This document shows, in pieces, positions 26,401 through 32,000 of a stretch of 32,000 nt of DNA. How positions within the stretch are numbered: position 1 is the first letter of the stretch; each line of letters opens with the position of its first letter. This DNA comes from Candidatus Methanoperedens sp. (GTDB lineage Archaea; Halobacteriota; Methanosarcinia; Methanosarcinales; Methanoperedenaceae): positions 1-32,000 of the forward strand of contig JBGQBI010000006.1 in assembly GCA_041494705.1 (NCBI GenBank), written 5' to 3'. The notes beneath the pieces were generated by a model. The model searched no databases. It was not told the origin of the DNA and saw only the letters and a list, made by a program, of their open reading frames with translations. Both the position numbers and the translations under genes were made by a program.

Positions 26401-27333
26401 ATTATTGAAAAATGCTAAATCCGGAGGGACAGTGGAGCCGGGAATCGAGACACTTGCTTTAATGGTATTGATCAATGGCAGTTTCTCTTTTGGAATCGGG
26501 GTATTCAGTTCGGCGTAAATCCAGTGATTTGTCCAGCTCTTTTCCTCATCCTTTTCTGTCAGGGTCTTTTCCGAGATTCCCCCCACGGGTTCAAAAATAA
26601 TACTCCCACTCTTCAAAAGGCTGGCAACATCCTTGTCAGTACCGGCTGCAACATCCAGGGATTTTGGCGCTAAATTTTCATCAAAATAGTACCATTTCAC
26701 TTCCCAGGGAACAGCCTGTGCTATATCGGCGGCTTTGAGAGTTATATCAAGTGTAATGACAGCCTTTTCCTTGAAGCTGAAAAGTTCACTGTTGCCGAGG
26801 TAAAGGCGGTGAGGAACAAGCTCCTTCCCTTTGAAAAGGACAACATCCTCCGTTGTATTGCCGGATAGAACAGCGGTTTGATCAGCCCATTTATCCTCAT
26901 CCGGTGAAAGACTTACCGCCCCAACCAGTTTTTGCGGGATAATTGTGATGTCTTCCGTGGTTTCAAAAACGATGGCTTCTTTTTCTTTTGTCTGGGCAGT
27001 GGCTGCCTGAGTCCCGCAGGGTATTTTCCTGTATTTAGTTTCCCCTTTTGCCATGGTAAAGGTCAGGGGCGCCGTAGCCACCCTTGGAGGAAATAAACTT
27101 GTACCTACCATATCCAGAAAAGTCAGGAAATTCTTGTCAGGGACTTTGTTCAACCGCTGGATTATTATCTCCATCATCCTGGAAAAGATGTGCATGAGGG
27201 CATCGGCATATTGGTCAGACTCGATTGCAGCCGCATCTTTCCATTCAGGGCAATAGTAAAGAGCCAGGTCCCTTACCTGTTCAAATAACATCTGCTGGTC
27301 TCTTGAGTCGATTTTAGGCGGGTCTATGGTCAT
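23437..27333 (-). CDS. Giant baseplate J-like protein (Afp11/gp6-like, 1298 aa) with a C-terminal extension
   Basis: The N-terminus (…VRDLALYYCPEW…IFSRMMEIIIQRLNKVPDKNFLTFLDMVG) parallels the 512-aa paralogue. …RAVTYEDFEWLVREASP…KVKCLP… and FFHPLTGGPEKEGWDFGRNVYISQVYDVIEST are present. The start overlaps the gp25 stop (ATGA at 27330-27333). Confidence 0.75.
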   Translation of the reverse strand: MTIDPPKIDSRDQQMLFEQVRDLALYYCPEWKDAAAIESDQYADALMHIFSRMMEIIIQRLNKVPDKNFLTFLDMVGTSLFPPRVATAPLTFTMAKGETKYRKIPCGTQAATAQTKEKEAIVFETTEDITIIPQKLVGAVSLSPDEDKWADQTAVLSGNTTEDVVLFKGKELVPHRLYLGNSELFSFKEKAVITLDITLKAADIAQAVPWEVKWYYFDENLAPKSLDVAAGTDKDVASLLKSGSIIFEPVGGISEKTLTEKDEEKSWTNHWIYAELNTPIPKEKLPLINTIKASVSIPGSTVPPDLAFFNNFQIDLTKDFYPFGERPKFNDTFYIGSKEVFSKKDAILTLKFNFSKGVESPNTEAITLVWEFWDGKNWKTIYETTQKGVPAEKGDYKFTDTTNAFTFKDKEATVKFTCPKIEEKEINGEKNNWVRVRIIDGNYGKDASYDKISIDAGKGTGKIKSRDNIVIGTETKFKTELGIGDSIIAANQTRIVTGISIDTSLTIDSAFDPDLGSATDFTIKKTGWLYRQLTYKPPSVSNLALEYSFNLSKKDLETILTYNDFIYRDETEASKGGNKNITPFQPVADTQQAVYLAFDQDISTLPVTIFFPLLENMFTVVIASDNPPAPVVAWEYWTGKTWSLLSVEDGTRNLTKMEMIQFLAPDDMEKRYCFGFETEYYWIRARLDKGKYDNLPRLKGIYTNTVWAYNRITVDSEVLGSSNGKTGQVFNFSHFPVLPGQKVMVLEISLTDEMKSTIRFEEGKDAIEEIEDDDGNVIGYWVRWHERNYLYSSGPQSRHYIIDRNKGTITFGDGEMGMIPPAEKENIRCSYQYGGGVNGNNVGVQSITKLRTAFPYVESVTNHEDSDGGGDQKNLDWLRERGPQTIKHRDRAVTYEDFEWLVREASPKAAKVKCLPTTDPGRNFRPGWITLIIVPDERENPKPVPSQGLINEIQDYIFNRTSTYLTTYPSQITLIGPGYIKVGVEAKVHFTSVADAKIIEGRIIENLKRFFHPLTGGPEKEGWDFGRNVYISQVYDVIESTDGVDYVDGLTLNASVQVYKLTLTESLILSDSYPENSRIERSDGKLSFSLAEKLPEEEIDTLTVVGFKEGDSIILSHQDKSASLVIRSVSHGMLGDILECEQSQIDTVYPAGSIVKTSDERIKSFTLNEVPEGDISLNPLKISILNAGDSFVLSLRDDPSKRVTRVIKKVSNSEKIFIEKNYLVYSGEHAINTKPKEELAYRYLMNTNTKEIHDLNRVQPNCNLDQIQKDHMIFTRTLDKIDGYDYCGWCFGPEMSTR

Positions 27334-27731
27334 GAAACCTTTCCCCTCTCAAGGTAAAATGGATATACCAGGTTATCCCTTGTGTTAGTCGTCTTTACCA
27401 TGTAATCTATAGTTATGATAAGTTTGTTCTGTTCTGTTTCGTCAGGCTCCGCGTTCACGTTCAGTAATTCAATCCTCGGTTCCCATTTCAGCAATGCCTC
27501 TTTTATGTAAAATGTTATGAGCGTGGCAGTTGAGGTATTGTTCGGTGCAAAAACAAGCTCATTGATTCCGCATCCGAAATCAGGTCTCATGACCCGCTCT
27601 CCCTTCGCAGTGCCAAGTATTATCATTATAGATTCCCGGATGGAATCGTAACCCTCTGAAGAAACTATCTTTCCATCTTTAATAGACACCGGGAACTTCC
27701 AGCCGCTGCCTAAGAAATCTGCATCGGTCAT
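27330..27731 (-). CDS. Baseplate wedge protein, GPW/gp25 family
   Basis: FLGSGWKFPV…YDSIRESIMIILGTAKGERVMRPDFGCGINELVFAPNN…LLKWEPRIEL is the canonical gp25 lysozyme-like fold pattern. Confidence 0.87.
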   Translation of the reverse strand: MTDADFLGSGWKFPVSIKDGKIVSSEGYDSIRESIMIILGTAKGERVMRPDFGCGINELVFAPNNTSTATLITFYIKEALLKWEPRIELLNVNAEPDETEQNKLIITIDYMVKTTNTRDNLVYPFYLERGKVS

Positions 27732-28130
27732 TTATCCTCCAATCAGAACAGTACCAACCGCCATGACAGTGCCAACGGGAAGGTCGGAGGGGTCATTGCA
27801 GGTCATGGCAGTATCGCCGCTCCTTGCCGCCATTTTCCCGTTTATTTTTACAGTAGTACTTCCCATTTTTATAGTCGCCTTGTTTGAGGGTGGATTCTGG
27901 AACGGTCCGCCCTGCGGAATATGCGGCGGCGTGTTTGAAGCCGTTGAATCAACAGTAGCTGCCGGCATTCCCATTATTTTTACGTCCGAGCTGAGACTTC
28001 CGTCTATAATACCGACAAAAGGATGCGGTAAGGGCGTAGGCACAGGCGGTCCCGGAGGTGCGGGTATCATTATAATATGCGTATCTGTTGCCATTACCTG
28101 GTCTCCCTGTTTAGCTGCCGGCTGTCCCAT
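27732..28130 (-). CDS. PAAR-domain spike-tip protein
   Basis: AKQGDQV…THI…, …IMGMPAATVDS… and …INGKMAARSGD..MTCND… are three PAAR-like repeats. The gene lies between the spike and gp25 genes, as in Afp10/T6SS-like systems. Confidence 0.8.
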   Translation of the reverse strand: MGQPAAKQGDQVMATDTHIIMIPAPPGPPVPTPLPHPFVGIIDGSLSSDVKIMGMPAATVDSTASNTPPHIPQGGPFQNPPSNKATIKMGSTTVKINGKMAARSGDTAMTCNDPSDLPVGTVMAVGTVLIGG

Positions 28131-28131
28131 A

Positions 28132-28770
28132 TTAATTAATGTTCACCGTTGCCCCTTTTAGATTCGCAGTTGCGGATGCTTTGAGATCCATAGTTGATGA
28201 TGCCTCAATCTTTGTAGAAGCGGATGATTTGACTTCGATATCCATTGCCTCGATTTTCACTTTCCCGTTTGGCGCGGATATTTCGATGTCCTTGTCTGAT
28301 ATTATGGAGATTTTCTTTTCTTTGGTGTCGATGATTATCTTGTTATTTTTCGATTTATCCACTATCTCTATCTTTTCCTGCCCATCGGTATCATCAAGCC
28401 TTATCACATGGCCGCTTCGTGATTTTATGATCCTGAAATTGTTCTTCCCGTCATCATTTGTTAGCGGCGGGCTATCCTTGCCATTCCATAACGAGCCGAT
28501 TACGTAGGGGATGTTTATGTCGCCATACTCAAAAGCCACGAGCACTTCATCATTCACCTCAGGCAAAAAAAATCCGCCCATTTCTTTCCCTGCCATAAAG
28601 GAAATAACTCTTGCCCAGTTCGATTCATCCTCCGAGCTCAAACGGGGTATTTTTACTTTCACACGTCCAAGTTTATCCGGATCTTTATTATCAGTCACAA
28701 TCCCGACAACGACTCCGTTTATCCTCGAATCGGGTCTCCTGCTTTGCTCAAGAATTGCGGTAATGCTCAT
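28132..28770 (-). CDS. Central spike protein, gpV/gp5 OB-fold plus C-terminal beta-helix
   Basis: INGVVVGIVTDNKDPDKLGRVKVKIPRLSSEDESNWARV…GGFFLPEVNDEVLVAFEYGDINIPYVIGSLWNG is followed by 8-residue-periodic beta-helix repeats (KISIISDKDIEISAPNGKVKIEAMDIEVKSSAST…). Confidence 0.87.
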   Translation of the reverse strand: MSITAILEQSRRPDSRINGVVVGIVTDNKDPDKLGRVKVKIPRLSSEDESNWARVISFMAGKEMGGFFLPEVNDEVLVAFEYGDINIPYVIGSLWNGKDSPPLTNDDGKNNFRIIKSRSGHVIRLDDTDGQEKIEIVDKSKNNKIIIDTKEKKISIISDKDIEISAPNGKVKIEAMDIEVKSSASTKIEASSTMDLKASATANLKGATVNIN

Positions 28771-29816
28771 ACCCCGGTCCTCCTCACCCTGAATGTCGTT
28801 GAATATGCTCCCTCGTTGATGGAATGAATACTGGATGCAATATAATATGCGCCGCTGAGCCTGTCTCCCAAACCTTTGATTTCTATGGTTTTCCCTGCCC
28901 GTATTTTCGGATTCCCGCCGCAGACTCCCTCGCCTGTTAAAAATTCTTTAAGAAATAAATTATACTTCGCCTTTGCAATATTTTCAGCGTCTTTTGAATC
29001 TATGATTAAATCGTCCACTACCGAGACCGCCGAAGCGGTAAACGCTTTTTCAGATATTTCAAATCCCGATTCTTTACCTTTCATCTTTGATTTCTCACTG
29101 CCTTTTGAAGCTGTGGAGGTTATTTCCTCCTTGTCTTTAACATTCCAGCCCCTGACCTCTATCTTGCTTCCTTCGGTCAGTGTTTTTATCCGGGCTGAAA
29201 AATTCAGCAAATCTATCCCGTACTGGAGTGTTACCTCCGGGGTTTTATCTTCCTGCGATTTCCGGAAAATAAAGGTCTTATCATCAACAAGCATTTCATA
29301 ACCAATCCGGTTTGTGCGTTCGAGGAGGAATTCATAGTTGGTCTGGTTATTCTGGAATATGTACGGCTGGATGGTTCCCGTATCGTCGACATCGGGTGAA
29401 AGACTGACCTCGGAAGCAACCTTTGATGCGATATCGCTGTCCTTCATATCCTTGAACGAGCGCCTCATTGTTCCAAACCTGAGCCTGTGAAGCCTGTCAT
29501 AACCTCTTATCTCGACATAGGAAGAATCCCCGAAGGTATAATCAAGGGCGGTTATTTCGCCTGTCATCATTTCTACCGTGCTGTCGTTGCCCATGAAGAC
29601 TTTTACAATGTCCCCGACCTTGAAGGTCTTAAGATCAACGCCTCTCCATGCGCCTTTAAAAAAATCAACCGTATTGAATTTGATAGTGAACATCGCCGGA
29701 AGATTAATCTCATCTTCAAGGGTCACTCCCTCCACTGCGGATAATAACTCTCCTGAAAGCTCAGTTCCATTCAGGAACAGCTTGAAATTGGCGACATTTA
29801 TTACATCGGAAACCAT
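28767..29816 (-). CDS. Baseplate hub protein, phage late control gene D / gp27-like (VgrG N-terminal equivalent)
   Basis: FKLFLNGTEL…EGVTLEDEINLPAMFTIKF…FKVGDIVKVFMG…MTGEITALDYTF…VEIRGYDRLHRL…SFKDMKDSDIASKVA…IFQNNQTNYEFLLERTNRIGYE matches the gpD pattern. The stop overlaps the spike gene start by 4 nt. Confidence 0.8.
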   Translation of the reverse strand: MVSDVINVANFKLFLNGTELSGELLSAVEGVTLEDEINLPAMFTIKFNTVDFFKGAWRGVDLKTFKVGDIVKVFMGNDSTVEMMTGEITALDYTFGDSSYVEIRGYDRLHRLRFGTMRRSFKDMKDSDIASKVASEVSLSPDVDDTGTIQPYIFQNNQTNYEFLLERTNRIGYEMLVDDKTFIFRKSQEDKTPEVTLQYGIDLLNFSARIKTLTEGSKIEVRGWNVKDKEEITSTASKGSEKSKMKGKESGFEISEKAFTASAVSVVDDLIIDSKDAENIAKAKYNLFLKEFLTGEGVCGGNPKIRAGKTIEIKGLGDRLSGAYYIASSIHSINEGAYSTTFRVRRTGV

Positions 29817-29829
29817 AAGGCAAGACTCC

Positions 29830-30438
29830 CTAATCCGGAATTATTAAAGTCCTTCCGATGTCGTCGTCTTTTGGAAACTCAAGCGGGTTAAGAATATTGT
29901 TCTCGTCAGCGATTTTCCTCCATAAAGATACATCCTTGAGCGCCTTATCGGCGATAAGGTCAAGCCTGTCCCCGCTTTTTACAGTCCACAATTTCCTGCA
30001 GGCTTCCGCTCCTTTTAACTTCGCGTCTTCTTCGGTTGTTACAACAGACTTGAAGGTGACTGACAGTTCCGCTCTTACAGGTATCCCGCTCGGGAGAAAC
30101 AGTGTGAACTTCTGGTCATGTTTATATATGATTCCCTTGTAAGTGAATTTTCCCCAGCTAAACAGGCATATGTGGGGTTTTTTTGTTTGTTTTCCCTCAA
30201 CAGTAGGCATAACGAGTGAGGTTATCTTTTCGATTTTCTCCCTGACATCAGTTTGCTTTTCGTAAGTATCGAAGAGCAGCGTAACAGTGAAATCCGATAG
30301 ATTTACCTTATTGAAACTCAGCGATGACCCTTCACCGGTTGTCTGTGCAAGTGTCGAGACGGTATATTCCTTCGGATTAAACATCACTTCAATAGTTTCA
30401 TTCGTATCGAGTACGGTTATTTGCGCCTTTGAAACCAT
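29830..30438 (-). CDS. Tube-initiator-like protein with a C-terminal LysM domain (Afp7-like)
   Basis: The N-terminal tube-like fold reads ITVLDTNETIEVMFNPKEYTVS…FTVTLLFDTY. The C-terminal LysM reads WTVKSGDRLDLIADKAL.D.SLWRKIADENNILNP…IGRTLIIP. The start overlaps the upstream stop (TGATG). Confidence 0.8.
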   Translation of the reverse strand: MVSKAQITVLDTNETIEVMFNPKEYTVSTLAQTTGEGSSLSFNKVNLSDFTVTLLFDTYEKQTDVREKIEKITSLVMPTVEGKQTKKPHICLFSWGKFTYKGIIYKHDQKFTLFLPSGIPVRAELSVTFKSVVTTEEDAKLKGAEACRKLWTVKSGDRLDLIADKALKDVSLWRKIADENNILNPLEFPKDDDIGRTLIIPD

Positions 30439-32000
30439 CAGGATAACCCCCTTCTGTCTTTTTCTATCGAGATTCTTTTCTCAATCATCTTGTAAACGGT
30501 ATCGGCAATCCTGTTGATCTCATGGAACGGTTTTTCTCTGAAGGATTCCCTGATAAAAGTATCGTTTATATTCGGGGGAGCTGTTTTTCCTGCCTGTTCC
30601 TTGTTTTCCGGAATAATTTCTGTTTTTTGCACCACCGGTTTTTTAAGAATCAGTTCCAGAGAGGAGTTATAGGCAAGCTCGCCGGTTGAAACCTCCATTG
30701 GTGTTTTCATGTCATTGGGAATACCGTATTTCAAATCGATACCATTCCGGGGAAAAACCAGGTCAGAAAATTGGTCTTCAGCCGGTTTCAATATTATCCC
30801 TCCACGATGTGCGCGGATTGTATTTTTTCTTCCTGTCTTTTCATATTCCCTGATAATATTTTCATAGCGTGTATTCACGATAGTTCTGTTTTGCAAGACT
30901 GATTCTGTGCCTTTTTCCGTCATGTCCCGAATACCTGCCGGAGTCCCATCCGCTTTTATGTGCGATGGCTCCCCGGATTGGTTTTCATTATTTGAAGGCT
31001 GTGCTGCAGGGACAAAATGATGAATGCCCCGGTTACTTTTTGAGAGTATGTTCCCGATATTGGGCGTTCTTTTTAAATTGCTAAAATTTACAGTATTTGA
31101 AGGATTCAAGACCATTTTTAAAGGCCGACTTATCAGATGCGAACCGGGGAGGTTTTTGTAGCTTGTTTCAGTTTCAGTCATGCTCCGGTATAAGGCATTT
31201 TTGGCCTCTGGATGACCGCTCGTTCTTGAAAGCGCCGGTTCTAAAAATCCCCCTTCTTTAATAAAATTCCTTAATCCCGATACAGGAGCCTGGATAATCC
31301 TGTGTTGTGAACCCGTCTCGATATCGGGAGGTCTTTTTAAATAACCCCTCATCCCGGCGTTTGAATATATGTTTGAGTATATCAAAGTCATATTCGCGGG
31401 CCGGGTTATTAAATGCGAGCCGGTGAATAAAAGGTTCCCTCCAGTCCCGCTTTCCTGAGGATTATTTTCATAGCTTATGTCCGCTGCCGCCCCGTTTTGC
31501 GAATATAATGGCTTTGCTGATACCGCATCTTTCCCGGCCGAATGGGAGTTCATTATTTTTGCGGGAAAAGAATGCCTTTCTTCGGGCTGCTTGCCAGATG
31601 CAAAAGGATAACCGGTTTGATAGCGCCGTGAACCGAAAATCCAGGCGTTCTGCAATCTTTGCAAATGGCTTATAGTCACATTCGCAGAATACGTGACCAT
31701 TCTAATTGGCCGGATAATCGAATATGAACGGGTGAGTAAAAAATTCTTTCCTGCATTGCCGGACTCCCCTGTATTATATTCATAATCTATATTCGATACT
31801 GTGATTTCCTTCTGGAAAGCATTTGTGCCTTCCGATGGTTTCACATTCATTATTGCGCGTGGCGATGCCGAAGAAACTTCTTCATGAGAAGCCTTTATTC
31901 CGGATGGTATAGGTTCGATTATTTTTTTATCGTCCTGAGCAGGGTAGGAAGAAGAAAGCTGCTTATGTGTGAATATCCGGTCACTCTGATTCGTTGCGGA
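30438..32000 (-). CDS. Repeat-containing protein, putative tape-measure/length-determining protein; 5' end outside the window
   Basis: The reading frame stays open from 31850 up to base 32000, with no stop and no SD before the Met at 31850. The track ORF (470 aa) is therefore probably N-terminally incomplete. Its position immediately upstream of the LysM and gpD genes matches P2 gpT. The functional call rests on synteny plus three internal repeats only. Confidence 0.4.
   Translation of the reverse strand, partial: SATNQSDRIFTHKQLSSSYPAQDDKKIIEPIPSGIKASHEEVSSASPRAIMNVKPSEGTNAFQKEITVSNIDYEYNTGESGNAGKNFLLTRSYSIIRPIRMVTYSANVTISHLQRLQNAWIFGSRRYQTGYPFASGKQPEERHSFPAKIMNSHSAGKDAVSAKPLYSQNGAAADISYENNPQESGTGGNLLFTGSHLITRPANMTLIYSNIYSNAGMRGYLKRPPDIETGSQHRIIQAPVSGLRNFIKEGGFLEPALSRTSGHPEAKNALYRSMTETETSYKNLPGSHLISRPLKMVLNPSNTVNFSNLKRTPNIGNILSKSNRGIHHFVPAAQPSNNENQSGEPSHIKADGTPAGIRDMTEKGTESVLQNRTIVNTRYENIIREYEKTGRKNTIRAHRGGIILKPAEDQFSDLVFPRNGIDLKYGIPNDMKTPMEVSTGELAYNSSLELILKKPVVQKTEIIPENKEQAGKTAPPNINDTFIRESFREKPFHEINRIADTVYKMIEKRISIEKDRRGLS

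Overview
The window has two halves. Bases 1-16.6 kb hold a nitrogen and molybdenum block typical of a methanogen or ANME-type euryarchaeon (Methanosarcinales-like; this origin is inferred). On the minus strand it carries rtcA, nrpR, glnA, glnK and amtB. A Mo-type nitrogenase cluster, nifH-nifI1-nifI2-nifD-nifK plus an fdxN-like ferredoxin, is transcribed divergently from amtB. Next come genes for a CBS-domain protein, a PNPOx-family protein and a class-I amidotransferase, then modABC behind a ModE-type operator. A surface protein and a MacB/FtsX permease sit at the 5' edge. Bases 16.7-32.0 kb are one long, translationally coupled minus-strand operon encoding the baseplate, spike and fibre half of a phage-tail-like contractile injection system (eCIS/tailocin type). 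In transcription order it encodes a tape-measure-like repeat protein (open at the window edge), a LysM tube initiator, a gpD-like hub, a gpV/gp5 spike, PAAR and gp25. These are followed by a 1298-aa and a 512-aa baseplate-J paralogue, a gpI-like protein, a 988-aa fibre, a tail-collar fibre and a 76-aa coiled-coil protein. This operon is the most interesting system here. Sheath, tube, ATPase and cargo genes are not in the window. Other points of note:
- Two copies of a CACAGAG-periodic hairpin element bracket nifDK-fdxN.
- nifEN is absent downstream of nifK.
- The baseplate genes carry unusual insertions, duplications and a C-terminal metal-binding-like motif.
- The fibre gene contains an in-frame proline-rich tandem repeat.
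All assignments come from reading motifs by eye; no database search was run.
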